A stretch of DNA of 64,000 nt, taken from assembly GCF_023055435.1 (NCBI RefSeq), contig NW_025964334.1, positions 12,896,001 through 12,960,000 of the forward strand. Reading direction: 5' to 3'. Positions 35,460 through 49,747 of this stretch are shown piece after piece. The notes below the pieces were generated by a model. That model worked only from the letters and a program-made list of their open reading frames with translations, searched no databases and was not told the origin of the DNA. Numbering within the stretch: position 1 is the first letter of the stretch; each line of letters begins with the position of its first letter. This stretch comes from Haliotis rufescens. Taxonomy: Eukaryota. Made by a program: the position numbers and the translations under genes.

Positions 35460-38400
35460 CACTTCATAATATAACTTTTATTTTGACATAGGAGTAAAAT
35501 GTATTGTGTTGAGCTGATGCCAGCCATGAAATATATGATACACAGCTACACTCACTGTACTGTCTGTATAGCATCTGATTAGTGCCAAGAGGCCACACTG
35601 AGTCCACAACACAACTCACACATATATAGGCCTACTCAGGGGAATGCCACACACATCAAATATAAAAAATTCTCACATGACTGTTATTTATCAATTCCTA
35701 GCACATAAAGGTCAAAATAGACATTTTTTCTCAAACAAAATAGGAGGCATATTAGTTACAGATAATATTTTCAAAATGCCTCATAATACGATTTTGCAAA
35801 ACTTGATTTTCTATTGGATCTTTGTTTTGTCATGTTTCTGTGAATACATTCCATAAAACTTTGCTCACTATGATTTGTTTGATATGTGTGACATTGAAGC
35901 TTGTAACACACACATGCTATAAAAGCGTTGGATGCTTATTTAAATACTGATTACACCATGCCAAACCAAAAGGTCAGGACACAGCTGAGAGTATTCTGTA
36001 CGAATGCATCCATTAACTGATGCTCTTTCAGTATATGGTGTTCTAAACAATAGCTGAATATTACACATAATGCTATTGAGTAAGTTTAATATAGCCCGGA
36101 CAAACGAAGATCATGCAAAGTCACATAGCAAGATCCATATTATCCCTTATTACATTACTATAAAAGCAAACTCATTTTGGCAAATTACAAGGCTCTAAGG
36201 ATCCCATTTATAATGTTTGGCACTAACCACATGGAATACAGATATTATGGAGTTAGGTCTTGTCTAGATGTACACAAGTACAGAGAAAACATTTCTATAG
36301 TTTAGACAGCCAGGTTAAGATTCCACCTCACCATGACAACAGCCAGGCTAGGATTCCACCTCACCATGACAACAGCCAGGCTAGGATTCCACCTTACCAT
36401 GACTACAGCCAGGCTAGGCTTCCACCTCACCATTACAACAGCCAGGCTAGAATCCCACCTCACCATGACAACAGCCAGGCTAGGATTCCAACTCACCATG
36501 ACAACAGCCAGGCTAGAATCCCACCTCACCATGACAACAGCCAGGCTAGGATTCCATCTCACCATGACAACAGCCAGGCTAGGATTCCACCTCACCATGA
36601 CAACAGCCAGGCTTGGATTCCACTCACCATGACAACAGCCAGGCTTGGATTCCACCTCACCATGACAACAGCCAGGCTAGGATTCCACCTCACCATGACA
36701 ACAGCCAGGCTTGGATTCCACCTCACCATGACAACAGCCAGGCTTGGATTCCACCTCACCATGACAAAGCCAGGCTTGGATTCCACCTCACCATGACAAC
36801 AGCCAGGCTAGGATTCCACCTCACCATGACAACAGCCAGGCTGGGATTCCACCTCACCATGACAACAGCCAGGGTTGGATTCCACCTCACCATGACAACG
36901 GCCAGGCTAGGATTCCACCTCACCATGACAACAGCCAGGCTGGGATTCCACCTCACTGTGACAAGATGCAGTGTATAGCATATGGAACATTGGTGCAGTG
37001 TTTCACATTTTGTAACAAATTTGCTCATAAAAAATAACGAAATGATATTTTGACTTCAGTGAAATCCAAAAACATAATTAACTTAACATAGTCTTATCTA
37101 ATGTGACTGTCAAACACTGACAATAGTTGATTTAGCATTTTCTACCTCGGTCATTACGACACTATCAGTTTATTCATATTTGACAAATGACCCATGTCTG
37201 TCTGTGCACAACAGTAAGAATTCTTACAAGAAAATAGTAAACACAAATTTCAAACAACCAATATGGCTTGCAATATTTTGTCTTGTTTGTTTGATAGGTA
37301 CAATATGGCCCAAAATATTTTAAGGCAAACACATTTGCACACATCAGGTAAACTGTTACAGACAAAAACCACAAAGAAGTGACAGATCATTGTGTTTGTT
37401 AATGAAATGAAAGCTATATATGACATTAATGATAGAACAACAATGGCATGTGTATTTTGGTTCTAACTCCTGAACACATATGGAATATTTCAACCCAGGA
37501 ATATCAAATTAATTTCAAAGGCAAAAGAAAACAAAATGCATGTTTGTAAGTATTACACAGAATCCAGAGTATTTTAATCAAAACTGCTGGCAAAATAAAG
37601 GAAATGACATTCAATCAAAGAGACACAATGTCAGAAATGCAGAGCTTTAAGCACTCAGTGAATGGTCAGTAACAAGTGTTAGCATCGTTAGCTTGATTGC
37701 GTTTATCTGGGGACGTCCTGAAAACAAACCCTGACAACAACTGAAAAAAAACTACAATCTACAACAAAATAAATAATCTATAAAATAAATACATTCTTAT
37801 GCTTTGCTGCTGCTAGGGGTGGCCATGTTGGATAATGCTGCCAAGCTGGATTATCTCCCCTTGGAGCTCAAAATTGGAGGTTGATACAAACATTCTATCA
37901 TGACAGATATACCATAATCGTCCTTATTCTGCATCGTGCCATGCTCACAATTTGTGTAGGGACAACATTTTGTGAAAAATTCAAAGATAAATGTAGAACA
38001 AGATATTACTGTAAATACTAGACGAGAGATCAGACGAAAAATGCAAGTCAGTTTCTTGGCTATGAATAATTTAGAATATTATTAATATCTTTGTATTTCT
38101 TGCTGTTTGGGATCCTCCCTACATGGCTTAGAATAAAAGGACTTGATCTTAAACAGATAACTGTTCATAGGTAGTGATGATGAAACAGACTTGGACCTTC
38201 ATTACAAGAAATTCTGTATTTTCAAAAGTACTTGTGGAATTCAATAAACCTGTGTGCACAAGATTTTAACAAAATGGTTGAGGATATGAACACACCAATG
38301 GCATTCAATTCAAGTATAAAATTCAACATCAACTTATTCAACAGTTGGCAAAATCTTTTAAGATGGTAATATGCTGTAAATGCCTCCAACCTTATGACTC

Positions 38401-41263
38401 TACTCAATTTTCTGCTTAAGCTGAAACACAATACTGCTTAACTTAAGCATGCTGAGAAAATATATATTAATATGATACCTGCACAATGAATGACCAAAAG
38501 CTGTTAACACAGTTATTATCGGAGTATGTACATTTTTCCAAGATATCACAGCTCCACTTAATGTTCTAGTATTGCAGAAGACAAAGCCACTGGATCATGA
38601 AGTATGCATGTCTAAACAAACTGGGGGCAATGTTCACAAGCAACAAGTGGTCATCAGTTAGCAGCGGCCTGAGTAACAATACTGCCCACACAGTCCTGGG
38701 AGCATCACCTACATGACTTCAGTACCAGCCATGGATGGTTTCAGGGTATTATGACAGTATTACTGTAGAGAAAGCAGCTAGTCTGATACTAGGAAGTGTC
38801 CCTTCTTTCAAAAGTCAGAGTATTTTACATGACCTCAATGTAAATCATTAAAATGTCATTGATGATAAAAATATCTTTTTAAATAATTTTTCAATTTGCC
38901 TTTTACATATAAACTATCATTTGCAATGTAAAATAGCAAAGCCTGAAACTTCTTTTCATCCTAAAACAGTATTTTACTTTACCTTAACGATAAAGAACTG
39001 TATCAAATACTGTAATTCAATCTTCCATCTCATCACTGTTATCAGTTTTGGAGGATTGTAATGATTTCCAGACCTTGTGAAACCTTTCTAAAAGTCAATG
39101 GATGGCTGTGCGAAAATCGAAAAATGTCATCCACTGACTAAAGAAGAGCCTCTTTGCAATGAACTTTCATCAATTAACCTTTTCAGAGTTTCGGGCTGCT
39201 AAAAAGTATGTCAACGATCAAATTCTGACAAAATCTTTTCTGAGACAAATAATCCAAGATATTGCTGAAGTCCAAGTTCACACTTAAGTTAATGAACATG
39301 TCATCCTTCCTTGTATCAGACAGAACTGTGTCCCTCGTGGTGCTATCACTAACATCAGCACAATACTAATTAACACAACCATACACAACTGTATAGTCAA
39401 GGGTATAGCTATTTGCAACATCTGCAACTTCTTTCATCAAACTGGTCCAAACTGAGTCCACTTGTTTTCTTACAGTTTTCTAAAGACTTTTTCTGTCATA
39501 GTTTTACCCAAACTGATGAAGTTACCTACTTTTCATTCAATAAAGAATACTCGGTCTGGCAGTGTAAACTGCATCAGAATCTCCATCACTGTAGGAATAG
39601 CTGTCCTACACAAGTGTGGTACTTGTACAAGGTCACTTGTCATTGTCCTCCAGCAGATGTGAAAGAGAACATTTAGGCACACAGAAGTGTCAGATTAGCT
39701 CTACACCACAATTCTTTGGCAAGCAGCAGAACCAAGGCTTGGCACCAGTGAACAATCAACTCTATGTTATACACCTCCAACCTTGCAACCAGAGAGCCTT
39801 TAGGCTTTATGACGTGAAATTTCAATCCTGCCAAGGACATACATAACTGCATAACAGCCTTGACATGGGTAATATTTGGCACCTGTATGCGATTACCTGC
39901 TTGACATCCATCATTTCCTTGGCACCCTCTGCAAGACTTGTAACAATGGTAGCCCAATATAACAATACAATTGGCACCAATGGGAACCCTTCACTGCATT
40001 TAGCAATTAAAACCCATGACATCTTTCAAGAATTCTTGACCATGAGACCCTTCTCCAAGAGTATTACCTTGGCACATATCAGTCCTTATCTGCTGTGATG
40101 ACCTGGTTATTAACTCAAGTCCTATTTGGCACTAATTGTCCAGCATCATCCAGAGTATATAACTTGGCATTAAAGGCATCATCGGGCCGTTCATCTGAAG
40201 ATAATGTATCTGGAAGAACTGCCAGGCTTTCCATCTTTCTTGAATCCTGCACATCAGATTCCATGCCAGTTTTCTGACCTTGCCCACAATGTCACATAAC
40301 AAATTACAACACATATCTGCTGTACAGCGTACAACGCCAGCTAGTGCTGATAAATACATTTTTGTCTGGTAAAATCCCTAGTGTGCCCACTATATCCAAC
40401 ACAGAGTATTGTTCGTTCTAACCTCATCTAGAATCCACAGCAACATATTAGTGAAGCCTACAGCTCTACAGCGAGGGTGAGGGTAGTAGGCTATTGCAGA
40501 ACTGTGTGGGGTGCCAATGTGTGGAAGAATTGAAACGAGAAGATGCAGTCCTCACACAGTCATCGAAACCCTGGACTGGGTTCCTCATACATAAACCACC
40601 AAGTCAAAAGAATCACATCGATCAAGCTCTACACCAGGTGAACATCACAGTCTCTCTGTATCATGTATCTATCTCAATTGCAATCTACATCAACTCATCT
40701 GCAGCTGTCAACACGGACGTTCTGTCACTAGTCATCACCGAGGTATTGCCTTCCATCAGATATTGTAAACAATTACAATATATAGATTAATAAACAGGAT
40801 CAATGTTTCATTTTATCAGAGCATGTCGATGGCTTTGAACAAAGAATTCACAGGAACTAACATTTCTACCCCAAATAAGCAAATAACACCTCATTACTTC
40901 ATAATTATCATACATGTACTGTATATACCATTTATATCATAAAACAATAACAAGCACAGGCCCTGCTGAAAATGAAATTATCACCCAAAATGACATTATG
41001 AACACTGATCCATTCAAACTACAGAAAGCTGAAACTATGAGGCACGAGATCCTTCTTCAGCTGCATGAGGAGGACCATCTCCACATCCAAACATCCCGAT
41101 CCTCATCTAGGATCTTCTCTCTCCCTAGAGTCACACAGTTGATACACTCCAACCAAGCACAGTATCACATTCTTGATCCTTCCACACTATATCCTGAGTC
41201 CCCGATGCAAATGCACGACCATTAAACATCCTGTTGATATGAAAGACAAAGGTTTGGAATCCA
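35460..41263 (-). other. MOB2: Probable long MOB2 3' UTR ending at a poly(A) site near 35460
   Basis: AATAAA on the - strand at 35477-35482, followed by GU-rich tctgttgtatgttgttg. I saw no SINE insertions in this interval, unlike the introns. An alternative AATAAA lies at 37169-37174. Confidence 0.5.
36304..36960. repeat. Minisatellite, 33-bp unit CCATGACAACAGCCAGGCTAGGATTCCACCTCA, ~20 copies
   Basis: Direct periodicity; explains the repetitive ORFs on both strands. Confidence 0.95.
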
Positions 41264-41607
41264 CTATGTTTGCAGCAGCTGTTTCTCTGGCTGTGGGGGA
41301 CTAGTGTCTTCCGGTGTTTCCTCACTATCTTCATTAGCTGCATTATCCTGTATACTCTGGTTATAGTCTTCTAGACATTTGAGGAGGGCCTCCACAAGGT
41401 CGTGGAGAACCTCAGTGTCCTTGTCCTCCAGTAAGTTAAACTCCAAATTGAAGACCATGAAGTGAGTGAACAGACTGTTTAAGTGGCCATGCAGACCTAG
41501 TGTCAGAAGTTCCCTATAATGTGCGTGGTATATGTGTGCTAATACTTGGAGGAGATACCGGTGCACCTTCTTCACAACTGTTTCGAATGAGTTTGGGAAG
41601 ACATGAC
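41264..41607 (-). CDS. MOB2: MOB2 last coding exon (HVFPNSFETVVKKVHRYLLQVLAHIYHAH...EKQLLQT*)
   Basis: ctttcag acceptor at 41608-41609. Contains FP.SF, AHIY.AH (zinc-binding His), LHGHLN and EFNLL..K.T motifs; TAG stop at 41264-41266. Confidence 0.96.
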
Positions 41608-42111
41608 CTGAAAGACAACATCAAATGTTAGAGTGAGTACAAATGAGTAAATATTTAACATCAATTCAGCAATATTCCAGCCATATCATGACGAGACGTT
41701 ATACATTAATGATACATATATTTAGACTAAATAAAAACCTGTCATCGATGGCAAATGTTAGAAAATCACTTCTGAGGAAACGTACTGAAGAATAAACCAC
41801 AAATAGCAGTTCAATTGCAGATGCAGTGGAAAGCAATCTTGCCTCACTTATGCACATTCAAGCACAAGTTACAAGACTTTCATTCATTTCATGCCCCTTA
41901 AACATCATACTTCTGTGAGTCACTGTTGGTTTAGGTCTAGGTCAGCAATATTCCAGCTATATCATGGTGCCCTGTAAATGATGCACCAGGCAAACCAGTT
42001 GTTTATAGCATGACCAATGATCCATGTAGCCAGGGCACACTGACATACAATTGGCCAGTTCACACAATGTACCAACCCAATCTTCATTGGTTTCTTCTTA
42101 TGATGGTGATG

Positions 42112-42269
42112 GTGAGTATGGTTTTACGCCGCTTTTAGCAATATTACAGCAATATCACGGCAGGGGACACCAGAAATTGGCTTCACACATTGTACCCATG
42201 TCGGGAATCGAACCCGGGTCTTCGGCGTGACGAGCGAACGCTTTAACCACTAGGCTACCCGACCGCCCC
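42112..42269 (-). mobile_element. SINE family A copy nested in an older family B copy
   Basis: TSD ttcttcttatga; interrupts a decayed family B element at ~41925-42300. Confidence 0.85.
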
Positions 42270-42388
42270 TTCTTCTTATGACAAGCATGAGACCTATATG
42301 ACCTAGAATTGCAACAATAAGCATACTTCAACTTCCAAGGTACTGCATGATCTGAGACAGTTTCCAAATTCTGATATTGTCATATTCA

Positions 42389-42723
42389 CCGTATTTGACA
42401 TAATAAGCGCCCAGGGTGCTCTCAAAATTAGAAATAGGGAGCTCTTATTAGAATATTATTTTGGTGAAAAAAAAGCAGAGTTGAAAGATAAATTTCGTGG
42501 TTTATGCTGACAGCCTGAAATGTTTACGTATGACAGATATATTTTTCCAGAATTTAATGGCCCATAATTAAGGGTGCATATAACACACGAGTGTGTATTA
42601 TACATGAATGAATAAGTCTTGTGTACATTGATCAATCGGAAGGGTTGCTTATTGGGATTGTTCACTAGCCAATATATTAGCAAATATTGCCGTGGAGTGG
42701 GGCGCTTATTACATTGAATACGG
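42389..42723. mobile_element. Older pogo-like MITE in a MOB2 intron
   Basis: Imperfect TIRs ccgtattt..taataagcgccc / gggcgcttatta..aatacgg followed by TA. Confidence 0.6.
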
Positions 42724-42757
42724 TATGCCCCAAACATTGCCCATTATCTGTACTCAC

Positions 42758-42882
42758 CAAACTTTGTTGGGAAGACAGATTCGTCAGTGATGGACGTCTG
42801 TATATATGTCATGACATAGTCAATGTACTGAGGAGCTGAATATTTAAACTTCTTCCCCTTGTCATCATACCAGTAATATTGC
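42758..42882 (-). CDS. MOB2: MOB2 internal exon (QYYWYDDKGKKFKYSAPQYIDYVMTYIQTSITDESVFPTKFG)
   Basis: tttttcag acceptor and gtgagt donor; 125 nt, phase 2 in and phase 1 out. Y.W.D.KGKK, APQYIDYVM and DE.VFPTK are hallmark MOB2 motifs. Confidence 0.96.
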
Positions 42883-43891
42883 CTGAAAAATAGATGTTGT
42901 AAAGACTACTACAAACATTCAACACTTTATGATTGTTCTTACAAAATAATATGAAAGTGAGGGAATGAACACTGAAAATTACTAAAAGCTATATATGAAT
43001 GACAACTTCTGTGTTGTCAAGCTAAATCATTCTTGTATGTTTCTATGTTTTGTTTGTTGTTTAATGCCACTCAGAAACATTCCACCTATATGACTGTGGC
43101 CTGTAAATAATCAAGTCTAGACCAGATAAACCAGTGACTGATATGAGCAACGTCCTACGCCTGGGTACAATGACACGTGATAAGTTGCCAAGACTATTCA
43201 GTACAACACACATAAGTTTCTGAGGGCCTATTCTAACAAGGAATCTCATCAGGGAGCGAATCATGTTGTGTTTTCATCAGAAAACAGCTTTTTAAGATAA
43301 ACAGTGATTAACTGTTAGAACAATAATTTTCCATGACATTTCTACAGAAAATATGCCAAACATTTATGAATATAAAACTTTACTTAAACTATGGTAAACA
43401 ATTAGCAGCAAAGGAGTTGATTGGAACCACATGGCTTTAACATCAAATTTACTCGTTAGTATTACTTTTCATGGCACAAAAGAAAATCCCATTTTCAGAT
43501 ATGCAGATCACTATATTACGTCTACAACAAGAAATCTGTGATTTCTAATGTTACGATACTGTATATAGATTTCATCAAATGATGCATCAATAGAGTCCTC
43601 AAACATAGTTGCTACTCCTTAACCAGTATGACCCAACTGTAATGTATACATTACAAACAGGCCGATCTATCTCACCAATATGGTGGGTAGGACCTTAAAA
43701 AATAACCAACCTTCAACAGATAACCAGCTCGACACAAGTATGCATCATCAGATTGCAGATGATTTCATACAGCCCTTTGGGCAAGGCTAATATTAGTTAA
43801 TATTAATAAAAATTCATTTGTAATATTAGCTAACACATTTGAGGCATATTCATCTTGCACAACTACAGTCAAAAACTAATTGTAGACTTAC

Positions 43892-43994
43892 ACACTGCCC
43901 GGGGCTGCCATCGAGGAGCATGCTTGTCCCTCGGAGGTACAGTACTCAGAGATCACCCCATACATTAAGTTCACATGGTTGAAGAAAGCTATGG
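43892..43994 (-). CDS. MOB2: MOB2 internal exon (TIAFFNHVNLMYGVISEYCTSEGQACSSMAAPGSV)
   Basis: ctttcag acceptor and gtaagt donor; 103 nt, phase 1 in and phase 2 out, joining the neighbouring exons in frame. Carries the two zinc-binding Cys of the MOB fold. Too short to appear in the ORF track. Confidence 0.95.
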
Positions 43995-46556
43995 CTGAAA
44001 GGTAAATAAACATAGGTTAGAATCTTATAATCATGTAGTATGTCAAAACCAATGGAAAAAGCTCAAAGATAGCTACATTCATGAGATATGAATAGCAAGA
44101 TGTGACATAGAAAATAATGTAGTCCTAGTCAGTATATCAAGGTCACTCAGGTCAATATGTGTCATGTGAGGCATACTGGTCTCAGTGTGTTAGTGAGTTG
44201 GGCTTTTGCGAGTTTGAAGAGTATTTTGGTTATATCACTGCATGTCTTAGTGAAAACTCACAAGCATTGGTATGAGTGAGTGAGTGAGTTTGGTTTTACG
44301 CCACTTTTAGCAATATTCCAGCAGTATCACAGCAGGGGACACCAGAAATGGGCTTCACACATTGTATCCATGTCGGAGCACTGGTATGGGGCTGACAAAT
44401 CAAGAATCACATTTGAACCCTCACAGGATTCAGACACACCTAAGGGAAGCAACTTTGCCCCACAAATAGCAACACCAACATCTGAGCCCCTTGTTAGTTA
44501 CAAAGTGACCAACGAGGGCGAGAACGAAAGTCAACCATCATGAACACCTGGCATAATCCAAGGCAGATTTGTCCTTGTTAGTAACACAAGGATCATGATG
44601 CAAAACTGATTCTTCTAAAAGTTCAGGACGTTTTAACTTTCCTGGTCATCATCTCATTTTTGACAACTTCAAAACTACCCGTGCGATTGATTTATCTCCT
44701 TTTTCTCTCATTATTGAAACAATATTTCTAATAACAATTCAGTAGAGACAAACATGTGACAACTCTACTTAACATTTGTTTGTTTGCCTGTGTTTAACAT
44801 CAAAGTTGTGTTTGAAGTTTGTTGTTTCATGCCATGCTAAGCAATATTCCAGCCACATGACGGCAGCCTGTAAGACAATCCCTATCTTCTTTACAAACTG
44901 TCAACTACCACAAACAGTCGTAGCTTCAAACACTGATATGGAAACTTGATTGAGGAAATTCAATTCTCATGTTGCAACCAATGTGAATAGAATGCTTTCA
45001 ACTAATACTCTGCACACTCTTTTGAAATCTATTCAGGTTCTGGTCCCCTTCATATCAGGTATCGGACACGTACAGGATCAGTACTACAAATCACGAAATC
45101 CAGTTCTCCTTGGTCAATTCTTTTGATAGAGACCAGAGACTAATTAACCATGATTTTGTTGCTATGGTGAAGTACTGTATTATTTTAAGTACCTTATTAT
45201 CTCAATTATTGGTCTATCATCAGTCTGTACAGCTCTACTACTTGCCTGAAGACAGATTCTATCACAGCAACTAGTTGGTGTTAGTTCAGGAATGCAATGC
45301 AGGCTAATGGTTCCAGGTAGACACGGGCTCATTATAGATCTTATAATGTGTGAGTCTAAAGGCTTTTCTTCTTCATTAAGATAAAATGACAAGTATTTCT
45401 TCAAACATTTTTCAATTTTAATTATTTATTTCTTTAATTTTAAATTGTGTTGACACGACCATGTTAGTCACTATTACCGGTATGTGGTCTCTGCCAGTAT
45501 TTAGGGAAACCTTCAGAGTTTGGTTAATTTCTACTAGTACTAGTCATACATTAACCAAGGAGAATATTGGTGTGGCCTATGGACTAGTGCAAGTTAATTA
45601 CTGCCATAAAATAACTTCAAGTGATAGTAAAGGGGTGCTACAATCCTTAAAGTTTGCTGCTGTAGTTCTTGAATCTTTGGACCCTCTAAATCATTAACTT
45701 TTAACACTGGGTCAATGTCTGTTGTTTAACGCCACACTCACACAAATATTCCAGCTGTATGACACCATTCTGGAAACAATTAAGTATGGGCAAGACAATC
45801 CTGTGACATCTTGATTGGTTGGTTGGTTTGTTGTTTTACACCGCACTCAGCAATATTCCAGCTATATGACGGCGGTCTGTAAATAATTGAGTCTGTACCA
45901 GACAATCCAGTGATTGATATCATGAGCATCGATCCACGTAATTGGTGACATCTTGAGCAAGATGTACGCAATACGATGACATTCCTCAACATGAAGTCAA
46001 TGAACACAACCCCCCGATGACATTAGTCGCCTCTTACGTCAAGCATGGTTTGCTCAAGACCATTTCCCACTCGAATCTTCACAGCACATTCGGGAAATGA
46101 CAATGACGCCCTGACTTTCATGCTTAATTGTGAGAACTGAAGAAGTCATAATATCGCCTTCACAAAAGGCAGAAAACATATTGATTACAGCAGTCAAAAG
46201 ATGGAGAACTCCCCTGCAAAAACCCAGCTTATAATACCAGAAATGTTGAATGACAACACCTAATCTTGGTGATATGACATTAAATGCTATCAGCAACTTG
46301 ATAGTTGTCAATAACCAGAGACAGGCTGCCTGTCAATTTGACATTATTATCCCCAACATCAAAAGATAACATGGACATCATAAAAATCAAGCCATTGTTA
46401 TTCAGTCGACTGACGGTCTAGCTCAATTCATGGTGACTAGCTGATTTAATTTCCCATGACACCCAGTTCACCCGCTTACAAGTTTAGTCACTGTAGCATA
46501 TGCTATGTAATGTGCCATGAAAATTGAAACAACATCAACACTAAATCAAATCAATC

Positions 46557-46594
46557 TGAGTGAGTGAGTGAGTGAGTGAGTGAGTGAGTGAGTA
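46557..46594. repeat. (GAGT)n microsatellite, expanded SINE tail
   Basis: About nine tgag units followed by decayed SINE sequence. Confidence 0.9.
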
Positions 46595-47292
46595 AGTGCC
46601 ACTGTAGGCAATATTTCAGCTATTCCTAAGTTTATCTGTAGGGGGATTACAGCATGAGCTGCACAAATTGTACTTGAGTTTATTTTGAAGTTTCACATGA
46701 TCCCATGATAAAAGTAACAACCGTAATGGCAGATACATTTAAAAAAGAGTGCAAATAATAAATAAATACACAAACAATAAATACTATATTTCATGTAGGA
46801 CTTATTTGCTGAGGTAAGCAATTTCTGAAGGTGAGCTTCTCTCCCTGTCCTCTTTAAAAATCCATCAACTAATTGGCTTCCATGTGTTGGAGAGATCGGA
46901 TAACCCCAAGGATGAGCCCAACAGCAGACAAACTGGATGATATATTCATTGAGTGGAAAGGCATCAAGCTAACCTGAGCTCACATCTATTCAGCCCAGAC
47001 CCTTCAGTGTATTGTTGAGATGGAGGTGTCAGTCTTTGTATTATGCATCAAACTCCCTGCAGAGCGCTGTCTAGCTCCAATTGAGCTGCTCAAGCAAATC
47101 AATAAGTGATGGCTTCTAACATCCACCAATCTGGAGGCTCATAGGTGGGCAAACCGTTAACATCTTGGTGGGTTACTGTACCAACATGCCATCAATCTAA
47201 AGTCAATGTCAAGTCCTTGTGAAATCATTTGTGTGACAGAAGATGCAGCCTCAGAAATTCAATTTTCTTTCAGAACAGGTGTAAACCTATTA

Positions 47293-48129
47293 CCGTATAT
47301 CGCTGTGTATAAGGCGACCCCACATATAAGACGACCCTCCTGTACACGCCTTCAAAATCAACCCGTGTATAAGGCGACCTGGAATGAAGCACATCACAAG
47401 TGCGCACACAAACCTTATATATGCAATAAAAATATGTTTATCTTGCATTGTTTTTTCTACGTTGATTGGTCGCGTGTGTAACTCCAGCACATGTTGCCAT
47501 TTTGTGGTACACGGTACGACACCAAATTGGTGCCCGTAAAATAAAATTCATTTATGAAGTAATAACATATAAGAGACAATGGTGAGTAATTTAATCACCA
47601 ATTAACTATGTTGTAACTAACTAGGCTTATATTTGCTTCACATTCAGCGTGTTTATTCCACAATCACTTATTCACACTGTCTCCAACAGTTGTTAATACA
47701 ACTGTAAAAACAGCGGGAATTGATTTCAGCTTCACCGGTTATCACATGTTAGGTCACATGTGCAATATGCAAATGCTTACCAGTACTTCTGGCTCTCTAC
47801 TCACGGATGTTGATTGTTTTACCGTGTCAGCTGGTTTGACAATCTGCATAGAGGCGAGGTTCATTTCAACTTTATTTGCAGATATTATTAAACTTTATTC
47901 AAGGAAAAGAGATACAAATCATGTTTATGTATGGAAATAGGTTTTGGAACAGTTATTTAGGACGAAATGCGAAGTTTTATTGTCAAATGCTGGGCTGGCT
48001 ATCGGACGCTGGTTGACATCGCCAGTGGAAAAAAATGTGAGATCTTCGACTCCGTGTATAAGACGACCCCCCTTCATAATCCCCTCATTTTAGGTACGAA
48101 AAACTCGCCTTATACACAGCGATATACGG
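47293..48129. mobile_element. pogo/Tc1-mariner-like MITE
   Basis: Perfect 25-bp TIR CCGTATATCGCTGTGTATAAGGCGA flanked by TA on both sides; subterminal gtataag(g/a)cgacc repeats. Confidence 0.85.
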
Positions 48130-48365
48130 TACACAAGTCCTCAGAGTTTGTAGCTGGTCCTGCTTGAACAAGACAAAAATGTTTACTGGGTTGAAAACAT
48201 TTTCTGTTAGTTTTATTCAGTTCCAGTTTGTAGAAGAAATGAAGAATTTGGAACTGATTCAGTGTTTTAGCCCTCAAATGCCACATGTCAATGAAGACTA
48301 CCATCACTGGATGTTTACTTGTCCTCAGCACAATTTAGTAGTCACGTGCTAGTTGACTAGTGGCG

Positions 48366-48784
48366 AGGGCCATGTGACACAGTTGAACCAATCAACTCAA
48401 CTCGAAAGGGTGCACGGGAATCACGCACGTTGAGACGCCCAACGCTAACACCGTATTTGTGCGTGCGTGATTCCCGTGCAACCTTTCCAGTTGAGTTGAT
48501 TGGTTCAACTGTGTCATATGGCCCTATGATGCAGGGGTAGCATTATGCAGATGGCTGTTACAATGAATGCTCGTTCCACCGTGATGAACAGGTCTGGTTG
48601 TTGATGAAATATAGTGATAGCTAAATAGACCGATTTTTTATTCATGCACCGATTGTCTTTAAATGTAATATCCAGTTATGTATGACTGTTTAATAATCTC
48701 ATACCAACTTTGACTGGAGTGGGTCCAATAGTTTTTCAGATATTGTAGTAAACGTCGGTACCTTAAATTACCTTCCAGACTATA
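48366..48784. mobile_element. Partial second copy of the foldback element
   Basis: Reverse complement of ~339-760 (central hairpin plus one full arm ending ccagactata). Confidence 0.85.
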
Positions 48785-49747
48785 ACTTGATAGAGAAAAT
48801 AACTTGCACAGCACCAATATAAACTATGGCTGTGTGCTTAGCTATAGTAAACGTGGCATACAATTCTCTTCTCCAGCCTATCAACCTTCCATCCTGTTAA
48901 TTCACAAACCAATTTCTATTTCAGGAGAGTCATGGCTCAAGAAATGACATGTTTTCAACACCAATCAATTTCATCTATGCCATATCAAAAGATGCCTGTC
49001 TCAGCTAATAATAACTTGTATGGTAACTAAGAAACTTCATATGAAAGCCCACAAAAGCATAAGAGTTTCCTAATCTGGGAGAATAAAGCCAGCTTCTAGA
49101 CCAGCAGTAACAGCCATGCTGAGCGGGCAGTGCTCAGTGCCCCAACTGCCCCGAACCCCTATTGATCAGCACTTTGATGGCCCCTTGTCAATAGCAATAT
49201 GAATCTAAGTTGTCTGTCACTTCTTTCCAAGAAAGAGTTAATCAAGGGGAGAAACTGTGTGGTCAATAACTGCCAAAATGTCAGTGTGGATGCTGAAAAT
49301 GCAACAAAGGAAGTGAACTTGTCCGCACTATCTGGCACGTCATTTTTGTCTGGATGACTGGTGTGGGGTTTTCCGCTAGTGAAACAGTGTTTGAAACTAA
49401 GCATAAAAGTCAAGCCGAAGGGGTCCTTGTTATTGACCCACTGTGATAAGTAAAAGATTGAGGGGGTCCCCAGATTCAGAAGTGCGAACACGGGTAAACT
49501 TCAAAGAAACTTGGTTCACTTCACTTAACAGACTTCTATGTTCATACAACATTGAGGCAAAATTATAATGTATCTTTTGTCATTCATTTCAATCTGCTCT
49601 TCAGATTGATGTCTTGTGCTTTTGGGTTTCACCAAAGAGGTAAATTCTAAACCCTGCATTATTTCCCTCATCCTCCCTCATTAAACAGACACACCGTCAT
49701 ATAACTAGAATACTGTTCAAAGAGGTGTTAAACCCAACTCACTCACT

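Noticed and set aside
36260-37028. His-rich and other repetitive ORFs on both strands
   Set aside because: By-product of a 33-bp repeat that is open in several frames and contains frameshifting indels.
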